Notes under the pieces: generated by a model
Told to the model about the DNA's origin: nothing
The model's database searches: none
Seen by the model: only the letters and a program-made list of their open reading frames with translations
Translations under genes and position numbers: made by a program
Part shown: positions 24,837-36,237 of the stretch, one piece after another
How the letters are laid out: each line of letters starts with the position of its first letter
How positions within the stretch are numbered: the first letter of the stretch is position 1
DNA from: Octopus sinensis
Taxonomy: Eukaryota
Length of the DNA: 64,000 bases
Assembly (NCBI RefSeq): GCF_006345805.1
Contig: NC_043010.1
Location: forward strand, 9,920,001 to 9,984,000
Direction of reading: 5' to 3'

Positions 24837-26022
24837 GAGAGTCAATCTAGCTAAAACCAAAGTCGTAATCAGTAGGAAGGTAGACAAATCACAAACGCCT
24901 TCAGGTAGATGACCCTGCTCGATCTGTAGAAAAGGTGTAGGTAGAAACTCTATAAGATGCACCAAGTGTAAGCTATGGACACATAAGAGGTGCAGCAATG
25001 TCAAAGGAAGGCTAACTAGGAAGATGGTTTTGTATGTGGCAGATGCTCAGGAACAATAAACACTGAAAATGCTCTGAGACCAACTTCCGTCACTTTCCAG
25101 GGAGAAAAACTAGAAATAGTTGATAGCTTCCGTTACCTAGGTGACCAAGTCAGCAGCGGAGGCAGGTGTGCTGAAAGTGTAACTGCTAGAGTAAGAATAG
25201 CTTGGGCAAAGTTCAGAGAGCTCTTACCTCTGCTGGTGACAAAAGGCCTCTCGCTCAGAGTAAAATGCAGACTGTATGATGCGTGTGTACAAACAGCCAT
25301 GCTACATGGCAGTGAAACATGGGCCGTGACTGCTGAGGATATGTGTAAGCTCGCAAGAAATAAAGCCAGTATGCTCCGATGGATGTGTAATGTCAGTACT
25401 CATACTCGACAGAGTGTAAGTACCTTGAGAGAAAAGCTGGACCTAAGAAGCACCAGTTGTGGTGTGCAAGAGAGACGTTTGCGCTGGTATGGGCATGTGG
25501 CGAGAATGGATGAAGATAGTTGTGTGAAAAAGTGCCACACCCTAGCGGTTGAGGGAACCTGTGGAAGAGGCAGACCCAGGAAAACCTGGGACGAGGTGGT
25601 GAAGCACGACCTTCGAACTTTAGGTCTCACTGAGGAAATGACTAGAGACCGAGACCTCTGGAAGTATGCTGTGCGCGAGAAGACCTGGCAGGACAAGTGA
25701 GACCATAACCCGTGGCCTTCTACATGGGATGGAACCAACCTACGTATGCATACCTTCCCTTCTTGGGACACAAAACTCTACTTCTGAAGACCTGTTGAGG
25801 CAAGTGAGGATCAGAATCAAAATCGATCAATGGAAATTGCAGCTAAGTTACCAGTGCCGGTGGCATGTAAGAGAACCATCCGTTCGTGACCGTTGCCAGC
25901 ACCACCCCGACTGGCCTCGTGCCGGTGGCACATAAAAGCACCATCCGTTCGTGTCCGTTGCCAGCCTCGCCTGGCCCCCGTGCCGGTGGCACGTAGAAGC
26001 ACCATCCGTTCGTGTCCGTTGC
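24837..26022 (+). mobile_element. 5'-truncated RTE LINE (young subfamily), lacking its 3' terminus
   Basis: About 96% identical by eye to the reverse complement of 27030-28033; one frameshift and one stop; ORF 25236-25700. Confidence 0.92.
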
Positions 26023-26414
26023 ACTGGCATCGGCCACGATTCGGATAGTGCTTTTTACGTGCCACTGGCACGGAAGCCAGTCAAGGCGGCGCTGGCATCG
26101 TCATTCTAATGTCCACTTTTGTCAAGCTTGCTTGGAGTGGACAAAATTTGCTGGGACAGATTTTGTATTGGTATATACCTGTCTTGTTGCCAATTTTCAC
26201 CTGTTTTCAGGTTAGGAAATATTTCTCCTTGATCAGGAATCTAATCACAGGTGATTGAGAGAAGCCAGACACTGCTTGCATGAGGGTGACACTTGTTTAC
26301 GACCATCATGTATTGTCAAAGGTCAAAGTAAGGATACACTAAAACACAGACTTATGCTCATGCACTTGAGAAAACATAAAAAACCACACACACACACAAA
26401 TTGACATGTACACA

Positions 26415-26453
<39 letters not shown>

Positions 26454-26559
26454 ATGTAGGATAAAATTTTTTTGGGTAATGGACAACATGTCCAATTTTC
26501 AGCATATTTGGCATTAGGAATTTTTTTCGTTTGCCCTTATTTATAAGTTATATATATAT

Positions 26560-28766
26560 CGTCATCATCATCATCATCATCATTTAGCGTCCGTTTTCCA
26601 TGCTAGCATGGGTTGGACGGTTCTACTGGGGTCTGTGAAGCCAGAAGGCTTCATCAGGCCCAGTCAAATCTGGCAGTGTTTCTACGGCTGGATGCCCTTC
26701 CTAACGCCAACCACTCCGTGAGTGTAGTGGGTGCTTTTTACGTGCCACCCGCACTGGTGCCAGACAGAGCTGGCAAACGGCCACGAACGGATGGTGCTTT
26801 TTATGTGCCACCGGCACGAGGGCCAGGCGAGGCTGGCAACGGACACGAAACGGGGCGGTGCTGGCAACGGTCGCAAAACGGAAAGTTCTCTTACATGCCA
26901 CCGGCACTGGTAACACATCTGCAATTTCCATTGATCGATTTCCATTGATCGATTTCGATTCTGATCCTCACTTGCCTCAATGGGTCTTCACAAGCAGAGT
27001 TTCGACATGCCACCGGCACTGGTAGCACATCCGCAATTTCCATTGATCGATTTCGATTCTGATCCTCACTTGCCTCAACACGTCTTCACAAGTAGAGCTT
27101 TGTGTCCCAAGAAGGGAAGGTATGCATACGTAGGCTGGCTCCATCCCATGTAGAAGGCCACGGGTTGTGGACTCACTTGTCCTGCCAGGTCTTCTCACGC
27201 ACAGCACACTTCCAGAGGTCTCGGTCTCTAGTCATTTCCTCAGTGAGACCTAAAGTTCGAAGGTCGTGCTTCACCACCTCGTCCCAGGTTTTCCTGGGTC
27301 TGCCTCTTCCACAGGTTCCCTCAACCGCTAGGGTGTGGCACTTTTTCACACAACTATCTTCATCCATTCTCGCCACATGACCATACCAGCGCAAACGTCT
27401 CTCTTGCACACCACAACTGATGCTTCTTAGGTCCAGCTTTTCTCTCAAGGTACTTACACTCTGCCGAGTGTGAGTACCGGCATTACACATCCATCGGAGC
27501 ATACTGGCTTCATTTCTAGCGAGCTTACGCATATCCTCAGCAGTCACGGCCCATGTTTCACTGCCATGTAGCATGGCTGTTCGTACACACGCATCATACA
27601 GTCTGCCTTTCACTCTGTGCGAGAGGCCTTTTGTCACCAGCAGAGGTAAGAGCTCTCTGAACTTTGCCCAAGCTATTCTTACTCTAGCAGTTACACTTTC
27701 AGCACACCCGCCCCCGCTGCTGACTTGGTCACCTAGGTAACGGAAACTATCAACTATTTCTAGTTTTTCTCCCTGGAAAGTGACGGAAGTTGGTCTCAGA
27801 GCATTTTCAGTGTTTATTGTTCCTGAGCATCTGCCACATACAAAAACCATCTTCCTAGTTAGTCTTCCTTTGACATTGCTGCATCTCTTATGTGTCCATA
27901 GCTTACACTTGGTGCATCTTATAGAGTTTCTACCTACACCTTTTCTACAGATCGAGCAGGGCCATCTACCTGAAGGTGTTTGTGATTTGTCTACCTTCCT
28001 ACTGATTACGACTTTGGTTTTAGCTAGATTGACTCTGAGGCCCTTCGATTCTAATCCTTGTTTCCACACCTGAAACTTCTCCTCCAGTTCTGATAGCGAC
28101 TCAGCAATTAGAGCAAGGTCATCAGCATAGAGGAGCTCCCAAGGGCATCCTGTCTTGAATTCCTCCGTTATTGCCTGGAGGACTATGATAAATAGGAGGG
28201 GGCTGAGTACTGAGCCTTGGTGGACCCCTACCTCTACCCGGAATTCTTCACTGTACTCATTTCCAACCCTCACCCTACTAGCGGCGTCCCTATACATGGC
28301 CCGCACAGCTCTCACTAACCATTCATCTATCCCTAGTTTTCTCATTGCCCACCAGATAAGGGATCAGGGGACCCTGTCGAAGGCTTTCTCCATGTCAACA
28401 AAAGCCAGGTACAGGGGCTTATCTTTGGCTAGGTATTTTTCCTGCAGCTGCCTTACCAGGAATATAGCATCAGTAGTACTTTTCCCTGGCACAAACCCAA
28501 ACTGCATCTCATCTAAACTAACTCTCTCTCTAATTAGTTGGGCTATGACCCTCTCCATAACCTTCATCACCTGGTCCAACAGCTTGATACCTCTGTAATT
28601 ATTTGTATCTAGGGCATCACCTTTACCTTTGTAGCAGTTGACTATTATACTGCTACACCAGTCATTGGGTATGACCCCTTTGTGTATCACCTGATTAACT
28701 ATATGGGTGACTAGGCTATAGCCGACACTACCAGACATTTTGAGCATCTCAGACATTTTGAGCATA
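26560..28766 (-). mobile_element. 5'-truncated RTE LINE (young subfamily) with complete 3' UTR and (GAT)n tail
   Basis: RT motifs QFGF, DMEKAFD, QGSVLSP, YADD (28118-28129), RYLG; palindrome ccatgctagcatgg next to the tail. Confidence 0.95.
27173..28745 (-). pseudogene. RTE ORF2 reverse transcriptase, split by a single in-frame stop
   Basis: ORFs 28364-28819 and 27173-28345 are in the same frame; TGA at 28364-28366 falls in the AFDRVP(R)SLIWW motif; endonuclease domain absent. Confidence 0.9.
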
Positions 28767-28917
28767 TGTATATATGTATATATGTATATATACACAGATG
28801 TATATATATATATATACATTTATAATGTAATATGAATATATATATATATATATATATACATGAATATGTATGCGTGTGTATCCACGCATATGTATATATA
28901 TCATATATATATATATG

Positions 28918-28995
<78 letters not shown>

Positions 28996-29352
28996 CATAC
29001 ATGTATGTATGTATGTATACACACACACATATATATATGTGTATATACACATGCACACACACATATAAATATTATATAAATCCACATGTTTAAGAAGAAA
29101 AAGAAAACAAGCAATAACAAGCATAAGGAATGTATGAGCATATATGTGTGTGTGTGGGTGTATGTGTGCGTGTGTGTGTGTGTGTAAATTTGCATATACA
29201 ACATTTCACGATTCACAAACGCGCATGTAAACATACATTTAAACATTCATAAAGTTCTATAAGGAACAGGAACAGTTAAAAAAATGTCGATCAAGCAGAG
29301 ACAGACAGGCAGACAGACAAACAGACAAAGATGTGTGTGTGTGTGAGTGAGC

Positions 29353-29385
<33 letters not shown>

Positions 29386-29522
29386 TCAGACAGCAGTCCA
29401 ACAGTTAGACATGACAGAATGACAAGAGATGTGGTGATAGAAAGTATGATGAGAGGAGTGTGACAGATAACTGCATAGTTAGCTCAATTGATTGGGTTTT
29501 CAAATGCGTTCTCAACATGGCA

Positions 29523-29555
<33 letters not shown>

Positions 29556-29939
29556 TGTATGTGGAGAGATGTGGTGACACAAGAGTAGCTCCTACATACT
29601 TCTGTTTGGCTGTTGGTGGTGGCTTGCGAAAATAGGGTAGGTTTGTGTGTGTGTGTGTGTGTGAGTATGTGTGCTTATATATATATGTGTGTGTGTGTAT
29701 ATGTATACATATATATATATATATGTATATATGTAGATGCATTTGTATGAGATAGGGTCTGTACTTTTGTATGCATGTGCTTTGTGCGTTTGTGCGTCTG
29801 TGTGTGAGAGCAACCATTTGTGTATGTGTGTGTGTATATGTGTGTGTGTGCGTCAGTGTGCAACTTTGTGCATGTGTGTGTGTGAAAGTGTGTGTTATTG
29901 TGTATGTGTGCTTATATATATATATGTGTGTGTATATGT

Positions 29940-29978
<39 letters not shown>

Positions 29979-32110
29979 GATGCATTTGTATGAAATAGGG
30001 TCTGTACTTTTGTATGCATGTGCTTTGTGCGTTTGTGTGTCTGTGGGAGAGAGCAAGCATTTGTGTGTGTGAGTATGTGTGTATGTGTGTGTGTGTGTGT
30101 CTGTGTGTGTGCGTCTGTGTGCATCTTTGTGCATGTGTGCACGTGTGTGTGAAAGAGTGTATGTGTGCTTATATATACATGTGTGTGTGTGTGTATGTAT
30201 ATATATATATATATGTAGATGCATTTGTATGAGATAGGGTCTGTACTTTTGTATGCATGTACTTTGTACGTTTGTGCGTCTGTGTGTGAGAGCAAGCATT
30301 TGTGTGTGTGTGGTGTGTGTGTGAGTGTGGAATAGGGTCTATGTTAGTATGCATGCTCTTCTGTGCATGCATTTGTGTGTTTGTGAATGTGTGTGAAAAG
30401 GAATGCGTGTGTGTAAGAAGGAATGCGTGTTGTGTGTGCGTGTATTTGTGTGTGCTTGTTTGTGGCATGTATATGAGTTTGCATGTGTGTGTATGTGTAT
30501 ACGCCTGTGAAAATGTATGTGTGTCTGTATGTATGAATATATGCAAGTATGTGTGTAAGCGTATGTCCATGTATGTATGCATACGTTTATGTCAGCATAT
30601 GTATATGTATTTATGTATATATGTGTGCATGTGTACATGTGTGTATGTATGCATACTTGTGAGTATGTGTGTATGTGTATATGTGTATGTATGCATACAT
30701 GTATGTGTGTATGTCTATATATGTGTATGCATGTATATGTATATGCATGACTATGTGTATGTGTATATGTGTGAATATATGTGTATGTATGCATACATGT
30801 GAACATGAGTTTATGTGTGTGTGTGCATATGTGTGTATGTATGCATACCTGTATGTGAGTCTGTATGTATATATGTTTGTATTCATGCACACGTGTGAGT
30901 ATGAGTGTATGTGTGTATGTATATATGTATGTACGTATGTAAGCACATGTGTGAGTATATGCGTATGTTTGTGTATGTATGTATGTATGGGTACATGTGA
31001 GTATGTCTATACATGTGTATGTCTACAAGGTATATGATTATATGTACATGTGTGTGTATGTATAAATGTCCATATATGCATATGCATATAAGAGTGCATG
31101 CACGCAAATGGCAATGTGTTTCCATGTATGTGTATGTAAGTCTATATGAAATAAATATGTATATATGCATGTGTATGTATGCGTGCCTCTGTTCATACAT
31201 GTGAATGTAGATAATTCTGTATATGTTAATGTATGATTGTATATGAATGCATGTATGCACATACTTGGATACCTGTATGTGAGTGTTTACTCATGCCTGT
31301 ATGTATGTATTATGTATGTGTAAAATGTGTGTGTGTTTGTGTTTACTCGTGTGTGTCTATGTGTGTATGTATTTATGTATGTGTGTGCATGTGTATATAT
31401 GTTTTGCACATGTGTTCTGCATGTGTTGTGTGTATGTGTGCATGTTCATGTATGTGTGCTTGCTTGTATGAGTGTGTGTGTGTGCATTGTGTGTGTGCTG
31501 TACATTTGTTGTCTGTGTATGTGTGCAATCATGAATGTGTGTGTGTGTTTGTATATGTGTGTATGTGTGTGTGTGTGTGTGTGTGCATGGTCAGGTATGT
31601 ATGTATTTGCAGGCATACCTGTGTGTGTGTGTGTGTTTATGAGCACTTGTGTCTGTACGTGTGCATTCATGCACGTGTGTGTGTTTGTATGCATGTGAGC
31701 AAATGTGTATGTGTGCATGTGTGCATGTGTGTGTGTGTGTGTTTGTGCATGGGCATATATGTATGTATGTGTGTGCGTGTCTGTGTGTGTGTGTTTATAT
31801 GCACTTGTGTGTGTATGTGTCCATTCATGTATGTGTGTGTGATTGTATGCATGTGAGCACATATATGTGTGTGCATGTGTGTGTGTGTGTGCATGGTCAT
31901 GTATGTATGTGTGGGCATGCCTGTGTTTGTGTGTTTATATGCACTTGTGTGTGTATGTGTGTATGTGTGCATTCATGTATCTGTGTGTTAGTATGCATGT
32001 GAGCACGTGTGTGAGTGCATGTGTGTATGTTCATATATGAGTGTGCATGTGTGTGTTTGTGTGTGTGCGTGTGTGTGTGTACGCACTCACGTCTACACAC
32101 CTACACATCG
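28767..32110. repeat. Compound (TA)/(TG)n low-complexity array with higher-order repeats
   Basis: Directly visible; about 240-bp units at 29640-30330 and about 150-bp units at 31580-32000. Confidence 0.9.
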
Positions 32111-32604
32111 CAGTGTTGGATGGATTGAGAAAAATCAGTCATTCAGCAGCAGAGAACTGGGTGGATGTGAAGGTAGAAATAATGGAAGGTGTGTCATGTG
32201 CTTATGTTGGTGAAAGAATCATTCATGCAGCAGTAGTAGTGAGACAGATAAAGAGAAAGAGAGAGAGAAGAGAGAGAGAGAAAGTGTTTATGTGTGAGAC
32301 AGACATAGGGAGGAGGAGGAGGATGGCAACAAAGCACAGTAAAAGTGGTGGCAGTGGCGGAGGTGATAATGGTGATGGGGGGGAGAATACAGTCATTCAT
32401 GCAGTGAAAACCCAGATTGTAAATTTGCCTTGAGATTATTTCATTTAGAAGTTGTGGTGAAGTTTAATTGACAAGATCTCAATTTCTATCATCATCATCA
32501 TCATCATCATCATCGTCATCGTCGTCATCATCTTCATCCTTCTCCTCCTCATCATCATCATTATTATTACTATTATTATTATTATTATTATTATTATTCT
32601 TACA

Positions 32605-33850
32605 GAGTCATTAGCACGTTGGGCGAAATTCTTAGCGGTATTTCGTCTGTTGTTACGTTCTGAGTTCAAATTCCGTGAGGTCGACTTTGCCTTTCATCCT
32701 TTCGGGGTCGATAAATTAAGTACCAGTTACGCACTGGGGTCGATGTAATCGACTTAATACCTATGTCTGTCCTTGTGTATCCCCTCTATGTTTAGCCCCT
32801 TGTGGGTAATAAAGAAATAGGTATTTCGTCTGTCGCTATGTTCTGAGTTCAAATTTGATTGAGGTCGACTTTGCCTTTCATCCTTTTGGGGTCGATAAAT
32901 TAAGTACCAGTTGAGTACTGAGGGTGATATAATTGACTTACCCCTCTCCCAAATTTCAGACCTTGTGCCTGAATTATTATTATTGTTATTATTATTATTT
33001 AGGTGGTGAGCTGACAGAATCAATAACATGCCGGATAAAATGTGTTGCAGTATTTCGTCTATCATTACGTTCTGAGTTCAAAATTCTGCTGGGGTCAACT
33101 TTGCCAGTAGTTGTAGGTGCAGGAGTGGCTGTGTGGTAAGTAGCTTGCTAACCAACCAGTCCCACTACGTAGCATCTTGGGCAAGTGTCTTCTGCTATAG
33201 CCCCGGGCCGACCAATGCCTTGTGAGTGGATTTGGTAGACGGAAACTGAAAGAAGCCTGTCATATATATATATATATGTGTGTGTTTGTGTGTCTGTGTT
33301 TGTCCCACTAGCATTGCTTGACAACCGATGCTGGTGTGTTTATGTCCCCGTCACTTAGCGGTTTGGCAAAAAGAGACCGATAGAATAAGTGCTGGGCTTA
33401 CAAAGAATAAGTCCCGGTGTCGAGTTGCTTGACTAAAGGCAGTGCTCCAGCATGGCCGCAGTCAAATGACCGAAACAAGTAAAAGAGTAAAAGAGAGAGT
33501 TTGTCTTTCATCCATTTGGAGTCGATAAAATAAGTACCAGTAAAACACTGGGGCCGATGTAATTGACTAGACATCTTTCCTAAAAATTATAGGCCTTGTG
33601 CCTATCATAGAAAGGATTATTATTATTAAGGCAGTGAGGTGGCAGAATCATTAGTATGCCAGGAAAAATGCTTAGCAGTATTTCATCTGTCTTTATGTTC
33701 TGAGTTCAAATTCCGCCAAGGTCGACTTTACCTTTCATCCTTTTGGGGTCTATAAAATAAGCACCAGTGAAACACTGGGGTCAATGAAATTGATTAGTCT
33801 CCTCCCACAAAATTTCAGGCCTTGCGTCTTTAGTAGAAAGTATTATTATA

Positions 33851-33893
<43 letters not shown>

Positions 33894-34225
33894 TGTCGCT
33901 GACTCCGTTACTTGGCTTCAAGAGTCATTGATTAAAATGGTGGGTGCATGCTGGGGTCTCACGTTTTAAAGGCATTCTTTTGGTCCATTATATTTTAGCG
34001 AGCTGGCAGAACCGTTAGCACGCCGGGTGAAATGCGTAGCCGTATTACGTCTGTCGTTACGTTCTGAGTTCAAATTCCGCCGAGGTCCACTTTGCCTTTC
34101 ATCCTTTCGGGGTCAATAAATTAAGTATCAGTTACGCACTGGGGGTCGATGTAATCGACTTAATCTGTTCGTCTGTTCTTGTTTGTCCCCTCTATGTTTA
34201 GCCCCTTGTGGGTAATAAAGAAACA
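32605..34225 (+). mobile_element. Cluster of co-oriented SINEs (B, B2 and A; about 7 copies)
   Basis: Repeated ttctgagttcaaattc...gtcgactttgcctttcatcc cores separated by (ATT)n tails; family A copy at 33115-33499; young B copy at about 33995-34225. Confidence 0.85.
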
Positions 34226-34708
34226 TATATTTTAGCAACTACTACTGCTATTCCTTTTTGTTGTGTCTGGCACTTATTTTTATTGATCCTTAGTCAAGAA
34301 TCTATTGAATTGAATTAGGGGTCATAGGCACATGTTGTGGCTGTGCAGTAAGCAGTGTTTTCGAAACAAACATTCATGGGTTTCGGTGCCACTTCCTGAC
34401 ACCTTGGGTAAGTGTCTTTCATTATAGCTCTGGGCCAGTCAAATCTTTGTGAGTGAATTTGCTAGATGGAAACTGAAAGAAGCCAAATGTTTGTATATAT
34501 ATATACATATATGAGTGTGTATGTAAGTGTGTGTGTGTGTGTACGTGCACATATATATATATATATACATATATGTGTGTGTGTGGATAATATATAGATG
34601 GATAGATAGACAGATAAAGAGAGAAAGAGAGAGGGGGGAGAAAGATATATATACACACACACATATACATACATACATATATATATATGTATGTATACAT
34701 ATATACAT

Positions 34709-35036
34709 GTGAAGGCACATGGCTCAGTGGTTAGAGCGTCGAGCTTACGATCGTGAGGTTGTGAGTTCGCATCCCGGACCGGGCTGCATGTTGTGTTCTT
34801 GAGCAAGACAATTTATTTCATGTTGCTCCAGTTCCCTCAGCTGTAGAAATGATTTGCAGCATCACAGGGGCCAAGCTGTATCGGCTTTCCTCGGATAACA
34901 CTGGTGGCATGGAGATGGGAGGCCAGTATGCATGGGCGACTGCTGGTCTTCCATAAACAACCTTGCCCGGATTTGTGCCTGGGAGGGTAACTTCCTAGGT
35001 GCAATCCCATGGTCATATATGACCGAAGGGGGTCTC
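34709..35036 (+). mobile_element. SINE family D, full length
   Basis: A-box/B-box-like head gtgaaggcacatggctcagtggttag...gagttcgcatccc; ends gaccgaagggggtctc. Confidence 0.9.
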
Positions 35037-35124
35037 AGCATGCTTATGCCTGTCTCTCTCTGAGACTGAAACCGGTACTGAAATGTTTTTTATAAAATTA
35101 ATTTAGCATTTTCTAATAGAAATA

Positions 35125-35292
35125 GGCGCAGGAGTGGCTGTGTGGTAAGTAGCTTGCTTACCAACCACACGGTTCCGGGTTCAGTCCCACAGCGTGGCAT
35201 CTTGGGCAAGTGTCTTCTGCTATAGCCCCGGGCTGACCAATGCCTTGTGAGTGGATTTGGTAGACGGAAACTGAAAGAAGTCTGTCGTATAT

Positions 35293-35326
<34 letters not shown>

Positions 35327-35553
35327 ATATATATATATGTATGTGTGTGTGTTTGTGTGTCTGTGTTTGTCCCCCTAGCATTGCTTGACAACTGATGCTG
35401 GTGTGTTTACATCCCCGTCACTTAGCGGTTTGGCAAAAGAGACTGATAGAATAAGTACTGGGCTTACAAAGAAAAGTCCTGGGGTCGATTTGCTCGACTA
35501 AAGGCGGTGCTCCAGCATGGCCGCAGTCAAATGACTGAAACAAGTAAAAGAGT
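35125..35553 (+). mobile_element. SINE family A, inserted into the hammerhead-bearing element
   Basis: Family A consensus; aaata on both flanks. Confidence 0.9.
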
Positions 35554-35610
35554 AAATATTCTTTTAAAAAAACTTTTCTTTTAATTTTTCTAAATTTAAT
35601 TATTTAATTG

Positions 35611-35652
35611 TTACAGTTGAAAAAGTCTCAATGACCGAAACCGGTACTGAAA
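35611..35652 (+). ncRNA. Putative minimal type I hammerhead ribozyme (U3-A8 core variant)
   Basis: Stem I ttacag/ctgaaa (5 of 6 pairs), core UUGAAAA, stem II (a)gtc-tcaat-gac(c), GAAA, stem III AC-CG-GU, cleavage triplet GUA. Confidence 0.5.
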
Positions 35653-35753
35653 GGTTTTTTATAAAATTATTTTAGCATTTTCTATCTTGACTTTTTTTTT
35701 TCCATATATATGTATATAGTTAATCCAAACATGTTTTTTACAATTATGTGTGT

Positions 35754-35817
<64 letters not shown>

Positions 35818-36095
35818 TATATGTATGTGTGTGTGTTTGTGTGTCTGTGTTTGTCCCCCTAGCATTGCTTGACAACTGATGCTGGTGTGTTTACATCCCC
35901 GTCACTTAGCGGTTTGGCAAAAGAGACTGATAGAATAAGTACTGGGCTTACAAAGAATAAGTCCTGGGGTCGATTTGCTCGACTAAAGGCGGTGCTCCAG
36001 CATGGCCGCAGTCAAATGACTGAAACAAGTAAAAGAGTAAATATTCTTTTAAAAAAACTTTTCTTTTAATTTTTCTAAATTTAATTATTTAATTG

Positions 36096-36137
36096 TTACA
36101 GTTGAAAAAGTCTCAATGACCGAAACCGGTACTGAAA
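36096..36137 (+). ncRNA. Second identical putative hammerhead (from the local duplication)
   Basis: Identical to 35611-35652. Confidence 0.45.
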
Positions 36138-36237
36138 GGTTTTTTATAAAATTATTTTAGCATTTTCTATCTTGACTTTTTTTTTCCATATATATGTATA
36201 TAGTTAATCCAAACATGTTTTTTACAATTATGTGTGT

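Noticed and set aside
25853-26100. CRISPR-like palindromic repeats with variable spacers
   Set aside because: Eukaryotic context; the spacers are homologous to each other and the array is part of the RTE 3' UTR; no cas genes.
28711-32100. Many 60-200 aa ORFs rich in IY, VC or HT
   Set aside because: Translations of (TA)n/(TG)n arrays, which lack stop codons in several frames; the same applies at 3730-3977, 15833-16292, 46766-48734 and 51529-53889.
34709-34785. tRNA-like sequences (also 40739, 59900-59973 and family A/B heads)
   Set aside because: They continue into SINE bodies and do not form a complete cloverleaf; these are SINE heads, not tRNA genes.
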